This document shows positions 19,629-29,803 of a stretch of DNA of 64,000 nt, piece by piece. Origin of the DNA: an uncultured Planctomycetota bacterium (GTDB lineage: Bacteria > Planctomycetota > Planctomycetia > Gemmatales > Gemmataceae). The position numbers and the translations under genes were made by a program. Within the stretch, counting starts at the first letter, position 1. The number at the start of each line of letters is the position of its first letter. The stretch spans positions 9,920 to 73,919 of the forward strand of contig CAWAMR010000018.1 in NCBI GenBank assembly GCA_963783095.1, given 5' to 3'. The notes beneath the pieces are model-generated. The model was not told the origin of the DNA and did not search any database. It saw only the letters and a list, made by a program, of their open reading frames with translations.

Positions 19629-20471
19629 TCAAACCAAAGCGATGGGCCGAATGGGCGAGCCGGTGGCACCCTGGAATTTCAGGGGAATTCCGATAAATGC
19701 AAACGTGTAAATCCCGGCCTTCGCCAGATCCCTGAGATCGAGGTTCTCGATGATGTAGATGCCTTTTTGCGTGAGCAGGTGGACATGGGCAAACAGCGTC
19801 GCACCGGTTTCGGGATCGATGTCTTTGGGGGCGTCCCATGCCATGTTATCCGCGCCGACGGCGACGACTCCTTTTTCCGCTGCCCAGAGTGTTCCCGATT
19901 TCCCAACCCCGGCCGCCTGAAGATACACTTCATCATCATCCCAAAGGGTATCGTATCCGGTTCGCACCAGGAGAACATCGCCCTTTTCGATCACCACATC
20001 TTGAGCTTTCGCGCACGCGATCAACTCATCGGCCCCGATGCTATAATCGCGAGGCAACGGGGTTTGCCGCTTCCATGTCGCCACATCCAGAAGAACGCCC
20101 CGCGTCACCAGGGGAGGAACATGCTCGATGCCGAGTTGCCTGAATCCCGCCGGGGTTTCAACACTGCTGGCATCCACGTCGCCGAATAATTTTAGGCAGC
20201 AGGCTTGATGGCAAAGCGCATCGATATGTGTTCCGGTATGCTCCATCATCGTCAAAATGCCGGATGCGCCCGAGCGCGGCCCGTGCACGGCCGGCTGATA
20301 GGTATCGCGATGCCGGCGATGCAGCGCATAATGGTAGCCGGGTTTATGCGAAGGATGGATTGGCATGCCTTGAAAGCGGGGCTGCTCAAGATCGATCACG
20401 CGCGCCTTCTGAAGCAGGCCAACGAGGGACGTTATCGCTTCCACAGGTGCTTTGTTTTGGGCAAACTGCAT
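19629..20471 (-). CDS. Putative cyclase family protein (kynurenine-formamidase-like)
   Basis: MEHTGTHIDALCH, GVLLDVATW and VLLVRTGYD motifs. Confidence 0.75.
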   Translation of the reverse strand: MQFAQNKAPVEAITSLVGLLQKARVIDLEQPRFQGMPIHPSHKPGYHYALHRRHRDTYQPAVHGPRSGASGILTMMEHTGTHIDALCHQACCLKLFGDVDASSVETPAGFRQLGIEHVPPLVTRGVLLDVATWKRQTPLPRDYSIGADELIACAKAQDVVIEKGDVLLVRTGYDTLWDDDEVYLQAAGVGKSGTLWAAEKGVVAVGADNMAWDAPKDIDPETGATLFAHVHLLTQKGIYIIENLDLRDLAKAGIYTFAFIGIPLKFQGATGSPIRPIALV

Positions 20472-20611
20472 ATTTCCGCACTTTCTTCAATGTTCCGCGT
20501 CGATGCCTTCGCGAATCAGGCCAGTTCTGGCCAACAAAATTCGCAACAGTGAGAAAGAGATTATCATACTCAACTGGCACAATGTGAAGTCAGTTGGCGA
20601 TTGAAAACTCC

Positions 20612-21449
20612 ATGATCCACGTTCGACCGATGACCGCCGCCGATTCGTCCCTAGGCCTTGACCTCAGCCGGGATGCGGGCTGGAACCAATTGCCTGCCGA
20701 CTGGCAGCGCAGCTCTGGACTTGCAGCCGAGCGGATGCTTCGTGGCCGAGTGGGCCGGCCAGCCGGTTGGCACAACGACGAGCTGCATTTTCGACCGCAT
20801 CGCCTGGATCGCGATGGTGCTGGTCGAGACAACGCATCGCGGCCGGGGTATTGGAAGGGCTTTGATGGAACATACTCTTGAGCATCTCGATCAACATGGT
20901 GTTGTCACCGTTCGGCTGGACGGGACACCTCTGGGACAACCCGTCTACGAACGTCTCGGTTTCGTGGAACAGTTTCAGTTGGCGCGGTATGAAGGAGTGT
21001 TCGCGCCGACCTCCGGAGTTTTAGGAGTTGAAGTTGCCATGCCGGAAGAGTGGGAAGCACTGGTCAGGTTGGACCGTACAGTCACGAACACCGATCGGCG
21101 GCAATTTCTATTGCGCCTATTTGCCGAAAACCCTCAAAACGTGTGTTATGTGCCAGGCACGGGCGGCGTGGCCGGCTTTATCACTGCCAGGCCGGGGGCC
21201 AACGCCCTGATGCTAGGCCCGTGCATTGGTACGCCCGACGCCGCCCATCTGCTCTTTGCAGATTCAGGTCGCAGGTACGCAGGCCAGCGCATCTTCGTCG
21301 ACGTTCCATTGGTGAACCGAGCGGCGACAATGCTTGTGGAGGCCCACGGTTTGACAGTACAGCGACGCCTGACTCGTATGTGCCGGGGTGCGGCGATCTG
21401 CGAGCGGGTTGAGTTAATGTGGGCTGGATCGGGGCCGGAGAAGGGGTGA
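20612..21449 (+). CDS. GNAT family N-acetyltransferase; apparent frameshift near 20710
   Basis: N-terminus MIHVRPMTAADSSLGLDLSRDAGWNQLPADWQR is in ORF 20594. It continues in ORF 20658 as FVAEWAGQPVG...HRGRGIGRALMEHTLEHL (acetyl-CoA-binding motif). Confidence 0.7.
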
Positions 21450-21517
21450 TGCCGTGCAAACAGCGGCGGATCAGCGCTTCTTCCACCGCTCATGCCGCCT
21501 CGCGTGATCGCTCGACT

Positions 21518-21760
21518 TCACTCCACCGTTTGAACTCGTCTCGTCCGGGCGGCTTCATAAAAGGCGAAGATGCTTCTGAGGACGTGAAGCCCCTCATCGG
21601 CAGTAATAGGCGGTTCCTCAAGCCCGGCACTGGCCCGTACTGCCGATCGGAGAAAATTCAAATATCCCCGCGTGTCCTTGGGATACTCAAACCGTTCAAC
21701 TTTTGCATCCTTAGCGTCTTTGCTGCTGTGCCATTCCAAAGGCGCTTCTTCTACCGCTGC
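21518..21760 (-). pseudogene. Remnant of the C-terminal ~80 aa of a Gfo/Idh/MocA-type oxidoreductase
   Basis: ...YLNFLRSAVRASAGLEEPPITADEGLHVLRSIFAFYEAARTRRVQTVE resembles the conserved C-terminus of Gfo/Idh/MocA proteins; the upstream part of the frame is not protein-like. Confidence 0.35.
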
Positions 21761-21949
21761 CAGCCTCAACCACCACCGGTGACGACAACGCGTCCGGAAA
21801 TGATCGCAGCGGACGGCGCGAGAAGTTTCTCGGGCATGGTGCCCACGACACTCCACGCGTTGACTGCGGGATCGAATTGCAGCAAGTCGCCGACCAAGTT
21901 TCGTGCCGGCTGCGAACTGTTGCACCGTCCACCGTGAAATGTCACTTTG

Positions 21950-22921
21950 TCATTTCCCCTTGGAGTCCTTGATCGCTTTTTCGATCGACTCCCCTTTGAG
22001 AACTCCCGTTACGACGAGCGCTTTACCCCTGGACATCACTTTCAACGAGTTGACTAACTCAACAATCGGTTCAAGTTCCGGCTGCTGCACCGCTGCAACT
22101 TTGACCTGCGCCTTCAACAGATCGAGGCCGCCTTGTGCCAATTGCTCAAAGGATTTCGCAACCTCAGCTGTTTCGACTCCGACACCGATCTTCAGATCGA
22201 CATCTTGGTGGGCCTTGAGATCGATCGTCAAGAAATAGATCTGCTCGAGAACCTTTTTGATATTCGGATCGGGCAGAGGGATCTTTTCCAGATTGCCTCG
22301 AACGATCGCGGCAAAATAGACGGACGATTGGCTATCCATCTTTGCCAATAGTTCGGCAAGCTCTTTTCGGATTTCGACCTTGGTGGTTCCTTGAGCGGCT
22401 TCAAAGGCTGCACCGATGTACTCTTTGCTCGTTCCCAGGACAATGGTCTTCGAGTCGATCACCGCGCCGTAGCTCGCCGGATGATCGCCATTGGTGAACT
22501 TGTAGATTGTCTTGCCGTTGACTACGTCGGTGCTGATCTTTTTGCTGTCTTTTTTGGCTTCAGCATCGAGAGTGGCAGTAATCTTTTTGGGATCGAATTT
22601 CCCTTCGATCAGGACCGATATCTTGGGCGTTTTTGCACCATCAATGGCAGCGCCGATGGTGACGCGCTCAAAGTCTTTCAAAGGGTCGAGTCCCGTCGCC
22701 TTCATGGCCAACTGGACTTCCTTGTTCTTCTCCAAAACGTCTTTCACCAGATCGAGAGCGTTCTTCTTGAAAACCAAGGAATCCAGAATCTGCTGAAAAT
22801 TCACCGACAAAACGGCATCGGTCTCTTTCGGCAGAAACTTCTCCAAGTCGGCAGCCCTTCCGGAGGCTGCAAGCACGAGCAGGCAGAGCGTGCCGAGAAA
22901 ACACGAACAAATCTGACGCAT
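21950..22921 (-). CDS. Secreted hypothetical protein (~320 aa), Lys-rich
   Basis: Signal peptide MRQICSCFLGTLCLLVLAASGRA; no recognised domain. Confidence 0.55.
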   Translation of the reverse strand: MRQICSCFLGTLCLLVLAASGRAADLEKFLPKETDAVLSVNFQQILDSLVFKKNALDLVKDVLEKNKEVQLAMKATGLDPLKDFERVTIGAAIDGAKTPKISVLIEGKFDPKKITATLDAEAKKDSKKISTDVVNGKTIYKFTNGDHPASYGAVIDSKTIVLGTSKEYIGAAFEAAQGTTKVEIRKELAELLAKMDSQSSVYFAAIVRGNLEKIPLPDPNIKKVLEQIYFLTIDLKAHQDVDLKIGVGVETAEVAKSFEQLAQGGLDLLKAQVKVAAVQQPELEPIVELVNSLKVMSRGKALVVTGVLKGESIEKAIKDSKGK

Positions 22922-23058
22922 ATCAATCCTTTCGAGCAAGGAGCGAGATTGGTTTTTGAGACTCAACACTATTACTTCCTTTGAACAATGCGAGTTTCGT
23001 AACTTTACCGTTGACTGTGATACCAGAAATCAAATGGGAAAGGGAGTTCGACTTCGTT

Positions 23059-23583
23059 TTATTTGTGTTGCAACAATCGGAGCATCGCCAGCATGAACGC
23101 GGGCAGGTCGTCCGGCTTTCGACTGGTGATGAGATTGCCGTCCACGACACATTCCTCATCCACGTATTGAGCGCCGGCATTAATCACATCATCCTTGATC
23201 GCCATGAAGCAGGTAGCCTTCTTGCCGCGCAGACCCGGCGTTGAACAGAGAACCCAAGGCCCGTGACAAATGGCTGCGACGACTTTGTTCTGAGCGACCA
23301 TATCGCGCGTGAATTTCAGCATCGCCTCGGATCGGCGGATGTAATCGGGTGCAAAGCCTCCGGGGATGACGATGCCATCGAAGTCTGCTGCGGAAATGTC
23401 TTTGGCGGCCTTGTCGCTCTTCGCCGGATAACCGAGCTTGCTGGGATACATGACTCCCGCTTCCGGTCCGACGAAAACGACCGTGCAGCCGGCCTCGCGC
23501 AAGCGATAAACGGGGTACCAGACTTCCAGTTCCTGATACTGTTGCTCGAGCAATATGGCAACCCGTTTGCCTTTGAGATCCAT
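23059..23583 (-). CDS. DJ-1/PfpI family protein
   Basis: KRVAILLEQQYQELE, GIVIPGGFAPD and VAAICHGPWVL (nucleophile-elbow Cys). Confidence 0.8.
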   Translation of the reverse strand: MDLKGKRVAILLEQQYQELEVWYPVYRLREAGCTVVFVGPEAGVMYPSKLGYPAKSDKAAKDISAADFDGIVIPGGFAPDYIRRSEAMLKFTRDMVAQNKVVAAICHGPWVLCSTPGLRGKKATCFMAIKDDVINAGAQYVDEECVVDGNLITSRKPDDLPAFMLAMLRLLQHK

Positions 23584-23800
23584 TGTTGTGTCTCCTGGAA
23601 GGTGTGGATGGGCTAGAGTAGTTATATGAGCGAGTTCAGGTTTCATGGAGAAGTCTGGATTACGAGTTTGACCCTATGAGTTGCGCAGCGAGAGCCAGTT
23701 GGCTGTCTTCGTTCCAGGTCAAGCTCTATCAGCCAACGTAGATCAGATCAAGTCTGCGTACTGACGTAGGGCGGCTACAGTCTGGGCAAGCCCCTGCCGT

Positions 23801-24313
23801 TCAAGAGAAAGAGAGGAACGCGTCAACTATCAACGGTGGGTTCTTCAGGCTCTCCCGCTGTTTCTTGGCCGCTGAGCACACAAGGTTTGGGGCCAGATCG
23901 ATCAGGCACATTACAAACTCGTCCGGATGCTGTACGTAGATGCCGTACTTGGCAAGCACGTCCTTCCGGAAGTCCGACAAGTTACTGGTTACGATTACAT
24001 CTGCACCTGCACGAATTGCGGCAGCCAGGACATGACGATCATCCGGATCAGGGAGAGTAATTGCCTCAATCAGATCTTCGTATCCAGTAACAAGACAATC
24101 CCGGACGTGGGAGTTCATAAGGTCGCGTGTCCGCTCGATCTTTTCTCGGGTGATGTCGGGATAGTCCTTTTGGACATTCCGCATCCACTCTTCATGAATT
24201 GCGTCGGTCCACTTTGCCCTGAATAAGTCGGTCATCGCAAGATACATCAGAAGGCTCCTCAAGGGAGCCGGATACAGGACGCATGCGTCGAAAACAGCAG
24301 TGACGTTACTCAC
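23801..24313 (-). CDS. PIN-domain toxin (VapC-like)
   Basis: AVFDACVLYPAPLRSLLMYLA...DPDDRHVLAAAIRAGADVIVTSNLSDF; its start overlaps the upstream antitoxin gene stop by 4 nt. Confidence 0.75.
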   Translation of the reverse strand: MSNVTAVFDACVLYPAPLRSLLMYLAMTDLFRAKWTDAIHEEWMRNVQKDYPDITREKIERTRDLMNSHVRDCLVTGYEDLIEAITLPDPDDRHVLAAAIRAGADVIVTSNLSDFRKDVLAKYGIYVQHPDEFVMCLIDLAPNLVCSAAKKQRESLKNPPLIVDAFLSFS

Positions 24314-24792
24314 TGTTCGTAACCCATCCCGCCCAATTCCTGGTCATGGGCGGATAATTCTTCAAGAGCGTTGAGCCTATCGGCATCAATCTTCTGTTTG
24401 TAGGTCATCAGATCCTGGAACTGGATGCGGCGATGCGTGCCCACTTTTCGATGCGGGATCAGGCCTTTCTCGACGAGTTCAATCATGAATGGCCTGGAGA
24501 CATTCAAGAGGTCTGCGGCCTCCTGGGTGGTTAGTTCAGCGTGGACAGGTATCAGCGTTACCGCGTTGCCTCGTGCCATTTCGGTCAGGACGTCCGCGAG
24601 CAAACGGAATGCGGCCAGCGGCACTTCGACCGTTTCTTCCGGCTCGCTGTCGGGCTGGATGCGGAGGCGCAGTTTGGGCTTCTTTCGTCCACTTAGAAGT
24701 CTGGTAAGCGTGCGGCTTGATTCTTGGGCGATTTTCGCTTCGGCAGGCGTCGGGGTGACGGTACCTGATCGGCCGATAAGTGCTGCGCTCAT
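24310..24792 (-). CDS. Helix-turn-helix DNA-binding antitoxin partner of the PIN toxin
   Basis: TTQEAADLLNVSRPFMIELVEKGLIPHRKVGTHRRIQFQDL is an excisionase/MerR-like HTH; operonic overlap with the PIN gene. Confidence 0.7.
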   Translation of the reverse strand: MSAALIGRSGTVTPTPAEAKIAQESSRTLTRLLSGRKKPKLRLRIQPDSEPEETVEVPLAAFRLLADVLTEMARGNAVTLIPVHAELTTQEAADLLNVSRPFMIELVEKGLIPHRKVGTHRRIQFQDLMTYKQKIDADRLNALEELSAHDQELGGMGYEQ

Positions 24793-25142
24793 AGTCAGTT
24801 CTCCTCCTCTTCTTTCATCTTAAATGCAGAGTATCCGAAAATCGAAGCAAACGCAATAGTCGAAATAATCGCAACTTCCATCCGGAACGAGGAATCGCGT
24901 TTCGCTGAACAGAAAAATCAGGACTGGATCTATCACATCGAGTTAAATCCGCCATCCTGGGCATGAATGCGGGAAATCACTTCGTTTACACCGAATATAA
25001 CGCCACTTCCCCGAGATCCCCACCTACCGCAAAGCGATTGTCGTTCGGTGCCCATTTTAGTTGTGAAACACCTGCCTCTGAGAACTGTGTAGTCGTCAAT
25101 ACCTTTTTCCAGACGGCCGGGTACCACAGCGCGATGACGCCA

Positions 25143-26030
25143 TCAGCGCACGCCAGAAGCCAGGATCGGTCCATTGTTTTGGAAAGCCAGCGCCGTCAAC
25201 GGCTTGAGGTGTAACTCAAAACTGATGGGAGTGGAACCTGCCGGCCCTTTGCCGGAACAATCCCAGATCGTGACTTGCTCACCGCCTCCGGTTGCCAGAA
25301 ATCGGCTGCTCGAATCCCAGGAAAGTTCTTTCACTTTCTGCGGATAGCCGGTCATTTCAAGGTTTTTTCCGTTCTTCACATGCCAGAAATGGACCAAGGC
25401 ATCCTGGCAACCACCCGCGATGAATTGACTATCCGGCGACACGGCCAGGGCGAGCACTGAGCCTTTCCACTCGAATCGGCGAATAAGACTGTCATTTTCC
25501 GGCGACCAAAAAAACACGCCCCCGTAGCAGGTGGTAATGAATTCTTTCCCTTTGGGCAACCAGGAAACCGCCGCGATCGTTGCTGCCTGATCCGGATAGT
25601 TTTGCAGAAGCTCTCCTTTGGCGTTCCAGAGACGGAGTTTTTTGCCGGCGGCGGACACAAGCCATTCGCCGCAAGGATGCCAGATAAGCTGTTCAACCCA
25701 GGCTGAGCCACCGTCCATCGCAACCATTTCCGAACCGGTTTCGCCATCCAGAGTCGAACTTTCCCATCTTGCCCGGCACTTGCGAGCAATTTGCCGCCGG
25801 GCTGCCAGGCGATCGCGGCCGTGCCAAAGCCATGACCTTTCAGAGTTTGTTTGACGCCGCCAGTAGTTGTGTCGAACAAGGTGATTGGTCCGCTTATCGA
25901 CCCGGCCGCGAGAACGGAACCATCTGTGGACCAGGCAAGAGAAATGACGTGGTCGCCGATATTTGCGAGCCAGGCGCTGTCTGAGAACGGGAGGTTGTGT
26001 CACCTTGGCCATGAGAGTTCCAAATTCCAA
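25143..26030 (-). CDS. WD40-repeat protein; at least one apparent frameshift near 25745
   Basis: Blades such as GHGFGTAAIAWQPGGKLLASAGQDGKVRLW (ORF 25376..25879) and LVHFWHVKNGKN...LATGGGEQVTIWD (ORF 25143..26030). Confidence 0.7.
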   Translation of the reverse strand: MEFGTLMAKVTQPPVLRQRLARKYRRPRHFSCLVHRWFRSRGRVDKRTNHLVRHNYWRRQTNSERSWLWHGRDRLAARRQIARKCRARWESSTLDGETGSEMVAMDGGSAWVEQLIWHPCGEWLVSAAGKKLRLWNAKGELLQNYPDQAATIAAVSWLPKGKEFITTCYGGVFFWSPENDSLIRRFEWKGSVLALAVSPDSQFIAGGCQDALVHFWHVKNGKNLEMTGYPQKVKELSWDSSSRFLATGGGEQVTIWDCSGKGPAGSTPISFELHLKPLTALAFQNNGPILASGVR

Positions 26031-26210
26031 GTTTCAAGTTCCAAGTTGGAGACCTGCCAGCCTTCAGGTTTTCAACGTGGAACTTGGAACTTAACGCGCT
26101 CTTAGGAGAAGATATGTACGTGTTGGGAACTTGAAAAGCGTATCACAGTTCCAGGTTGAAAACCGGAAGGATTACCGGTCTTCAACTTGGAACTTGGAAC
26201 CTGGAACTCA
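26015..26210. repeat. ~190 nt structured element of tandem TTCCAAG/CTTGGAA-type heptamers forming nested long-range stems
   Basis: gttccaaattccaagtttcaagttccaagttgga pairs with cttcaacttggaacttggaacctggaactc, and inner ttttcaacgtggaac pairs with gttccaggttgaaaacc. Lies 3' of the rimI-like gene and 5' of the WD40 gene. Confidence 0.5.
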
Positions 26211-26691
26211 GTTTTCTTCGTATTGGGCAATTCGGTTCGTTGGTTCTTCGGCTTCGACGCCGGAGTCTGAAGCAATGTGGAATTGCATCAGGATAGGCAT
26301 CTTCGCCGCTATCCTCGTAGTAGCTCTTCAGGACTTTGGCTGCTCGAAAATCCTGAGTCCGGAAGAACAGCTGCGCGGGCAGGTTCGATTCGCGAACTGC
26401 CAGCGTAATTCGTGTTCTCCGATGGCTCGATAGTTTGCCGATCAGTTTCGCTACCATCTGGCCGCCGATACCGACCCGGCGATTCTCCGGAGCCACCGCA
26501 AAATTCATGATGTGCAGTTTGTTCTTGTGCAACTCGTAGATCATGAAACCGATCACCTTTTCGCCTTGCTCGGCGACCATGCCGATGCAGTTGCGTTGCC
26601 GCAAGCAGCGAAGGAAATCTTCCTCGGTCCACGCGAAGTCAAAACTTTCCTGCTCGATTTGTAATACTTCCGGCATGTCTCGCCGAATCAT
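26182..26691 (-). CDS. RimI-like GNAT N-acetyltransferase (ribosomal-protein-alanine acetyltransferase family)
   Basis: MIRRDMPEVLQIEQESFDFAWTEEDF...IMNFAVAPENRRVGIGGQMV...YYEDSGEDAY; the C-terminal tail runs into the repeat element. Confidence 0.7.
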   Translation of the reverse strand: MIRRDMPEVLQIEQESFDFAWTEEDFLRCLRQRNCIGMVAEQGEKVIGFMIYELHKNKLHIMNFAVAPENRRVGIGGQMVAKLIGKLSSHRRTRITLAVRESNLPAQLFFRTQDFRAAKVLKSYYEDSGEDAYPDAIPHCFRLRRRSRRTNEPNCPIRRKLSSRFQVPS

Positions 26692-27024
26692 CCAGCGAAT
26701 ATGCACGCGAAGCTGTTGTTCCCTCTGTAATCGACCCGTGCTCATCGGCGGAATCCTCCCTCGCACGGAACACCCCGTATTCCTACGGTGGTTCTGCGAA
26801 CCGCTCCCTGGTTCGACTTGGCGGGCAGAGCGTTGCTGTTTTCCATCCAGCGAATTCCCTTGTCAAAAGGGGTGGCATCATGCACTCAATTCCCGGATAT
26901 TAACAGCCCCCCCGAACTGCCTCAAGTCCATCTCCACCCACATTGAGCGGAGAAGCCTATTTCTGTCATAAATCCAGACGATCGCTTTATGCTACGATCG
27001 TCTCCCCCAGCTCTCATAACTATG

Positions 27025-28872
27025 CTACTGCATGAAAAAGCTCGTACTTTCTTCTTTCACGATAGGCTGCTTCAATTGATCGCACGACATCTGGACCTTG
27101 AACCGCATATCCCCAGGGATTGTGCCCTTGGCTTTGACTTTGATGACCGCATCGGCCTTCATCGCCAGATTTGGGATCGGGTCGAAGTGCAACGCCTGCC
27201 CGACCGACTTGTAGGGTACCGGCCCTGTTGCAGTACCAGGCACTAATCCTTCCGACGTGATCGCAGTGATGCGAATGTTGGTGCAAGGACAAGTCCCTGT
27301 ATTCACAATTCGGATTTCGTAGGTCGTTTCTTTTCCTACCTCGATCGGATTTTCAAGATTTGCTACTTCGAAGCTCAGGGCCGGGACTCCTTCCGCTGCG
27401 ATAATCGCTTCGGATCGGGCACCGAGCTTCGGGCCGGCCTGAGCCACCGCTCGAACCGCGAGTGAACCAGCACCCGTCGAACGTGTCTTAATGGTGAGAT
27501 TGCGGCGCAGTCCCCGCATCCGCTGGCCCAAAGTTCCAACTCACCGTCCGAGTTGCGGCATCGTAAACGCCCCCGTCACTGGCCGAGACGAAGTCCAACC
27601 CTTCCGGGAAGGCAGTGGCAATCTGGACAGGCTGCGTAGCGCAGGTGCCCGGATTTCCAATCTCCAGTGTAAAGGTCGGCTCTGCCCGCACCATACAGCG
27701 GCGTGGCCCCGTCAACGCCAAGGCAAGTTTGGGCTGATTCAGTTGGATCTCTGCTCTGGCAATCGCCTTTGGCGATCCTTCACATGTTGCGCTCAGGCTG
27801 CAATTATGTGTTCCGGTGGCAATGGCCTGAACCTTGAGGGTGATGGACTGAGTGTCACCCGGTAGAATCCGGGGCAAAGTCGCTTCGATGTCTTTTCCTT
27901 CGGGATGTTTCAGGCCATCACTCAGCGGCGCTTTAATGCTGACCTTGTTTGCATCGCCTGTGCCGGTGTTCATTACCTGAATTTGGATTGGAATCTCATC
28001 TCCAACTTGGCGGCGTTGGGAGCAGTCAAAGTCACGCTCAAGGTCGGTCGAGTGACCTTGACGAGCATATGCGTGTGGGTCGAATAGGAGAGCGATGGGT
28101 TGGTGTTCAAATCGCCTTCCGGATTGGGCCGAACCGTGACCTGGATGCGCTTTTCGTCGTTTGGACCCATTGAGCCGAGCATCCACAGAATTTTTCCGCC
28201 GGCCTGTTCACCGGCCGGCTCGGCACTGATGTATTTTGTGCCCTGAGGCAACTCTTCCTCAACGCGGACATGCGTGACGGCCGCTTGGCCGACGTTCCTC
28301 ACGAGGATTTCGTAAGTAACGGGTAGGCCGTGGCCGACGGTATCCGGTCCTGTAGTTTCAATCGACAGACAAGGCACAATACGATTTCCGGAAGCTGCAT
28401 GGGTTTTCAGCGGCACCGGCCCCGGCAAGGTAGAGCCGGGATGATGGGTGGATTGAAACCGGAGTTCCGATGCCGGTGCTTTCGGAACAGTCCGTGGCTG
28501 GAGTAGTGTAGGTTTTGGCCTATCGGGCAACACGATCGCCGGCTCGCCCGCGGGTGCAATCGGCGATGCGCTGGTTTTGGGTTGGTTCGGGTCGATGACC
28601 GGCAACACGAGACTTGGCGAATCGTTTTTGGGTTGCGGCAAAGGGGCCAATGTTGTTGGCGCAGAAGGTGCCGATGGTATTTCAAGAGGCTCCGGTGTCG
28701 GAATTGCCGGCGTAGAGCTCGAGCCATCCTTCTTGGAGAATGAGTAGGTTGTGGGCTGGACTTGAGGGAGTTTCAAATCAGGTTGCGCGGTAACGATATC
28801 ACCATGGATCAACCCGATGCCGCAAAGACCCGCGATACCCAGCATCAGCGTAAACGCCTGAATTCGTCTCAC
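27025..28872 (-). CDS. Secreted protein with Pro/Thr-rich linker and three DUF11 (conserved repeat) domains; two apparent frameshifts (~27510, ~28180)
   Basis: Signal peptide MRRIQAFTLMLGIAGLCG; repeats ...TYEI.V.N.G.A..T.V.V.D.LP.GL.F... spread across ORFs 27973..28872, 27488..28186 and 27025..27531. Confidence 0.65.
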
Positions 28873-29065
28873 CGCTTGGCCCCCCTGCTCGGTCGATCGT
28901 CGGCGTCGGCGATCGGATCGCCTCCGTCCGACTTTGGATTTTTTCTCTTTCGATTGGTCGTGCGGGCCGAGGCGACGTTTTCCCCCCGGAAATCATCTCA
29001 TCGTGGCTTCCCACGACGGTATGCGTCGCCTCGTCCCGCACCAACCTGCCTGCCTGCTCTCAACC

Positions 29066-29150
29066 AGTAGTGTTCAGTGTTCAGTTTTCAGTTTTCAGCA
29101 TCCAAAGGTCTTGAACTGAAATCTGAACACTGAAAACTGAACACTACACT
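29066..29150. terminator. Hairpin of TGTTCAG/TTTTCAG heptamers, same family as 10361-10455 with an imperfect stem, overlapping the mazG-like stop codon
   Basis: agtagtgttcagtgttcagttttcagttttcag - loop - ctgaaatctgaacactgaaaactgaacactacact. Confidence 0.55.
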
Positions 29151-29470
29151 GGATATTTAACCTCGTTTTTCTTCATCTTCGCATGGACAACTGCGCTGAG
29201 ATCAATGCCGCTGTGGTTACTGAACTGGAAAACCAGGCAAGCCACATCGGCCAGTTCATCCGCGATGGCTTCTCGTTTCAGGGGATCGAGAATCGTCTGT
29301 TGCGATTCCTCACCCGTCAGCCAGAGAAAATGTTCCATCAGTTCCGAGGCTTCGCACGCCAATGCCATACTCAGGTTCTTGAGTGTGTGGTACACAGCCC
29401 AATGCCGAGCGCCGGCAAAATCGCGGACGATTTCCTTGAGCGATTCGATCGTCGTGATCGCATCGGACAT
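29144..29470 (-). CDS. MazG-like nucleotide pyrophosphohydrolase domain protein
   Basis: RHWAVYHTLKNLSMALACEASELMEHFLW...EAIADELADVACLVFQF motif pattern. Confidence 0.75.
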   Translation of the reverse strand: MSDAITTIESLKEIVRDFAGARHWAVYHTLKNLSMALACEASELMEHFLWLTGEESQQTILDPLKREAIADELADVACLVFQFSNHSGIDLSAVVHAKMKKNEVKYPV

Positions 29471-29649
29471 AGAGCCTTTTCGGGTTCTTGAACATTTTGC
29501 TCGGTAATTCGAGCCGCCAATGTCGCCCCCGGCGGTTCAATTCACGAGAGGGGGCATATAAACCCAATATGGAGGGCTGTCAAGATGAAGAAACGAATTC
29601 AAATCTTAACTCTCGTAGGCGTGACTGAACCGCCAAGTAGATTCAACTC

Positions 29650-29740
29650 GTAGCCGAATTCGCCAGAATTCGGGTCTGATTGCGGCAATCGGCGCGTGCG
29701 CATCCAAAGTCTGCCCGAATTCTGGCGAATTCGGCTACGG
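29650..29740. repeat. Long inverted repeat (~26 bp arms, ~38 nt spacer) in the divergent mazG / P-type ATPase promoter region
   Basis: gtagccgaattcgccagaattcgggtc ... gcccgaattctggcgaattcggctac; each arm contains two GAATTC sites. Confidence 0.5.
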
Positions 29741-29803
29741 AAAAGATCTGTCCAACCATAGACCTGGATTTTCCGCGCTTGAAGCTGACAATACCTCCAT
29801 CCC

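Noticed and set aside
21419-21937. 172-aa + strand ORF as a gene
   Set aside because: Low-complexity translation. The region is better explained as an oxidoreductase remnant on the - strand plus intergenic DNA.
26101-26140. Mini-ORF aggagaagatATGtacgtgttgggaactTGA (6 aa) inside the structured element, as a possible leader peptide
   Set aside because: It lies on the + strand while both flanking genes are on the - strand; most likely coincidental.
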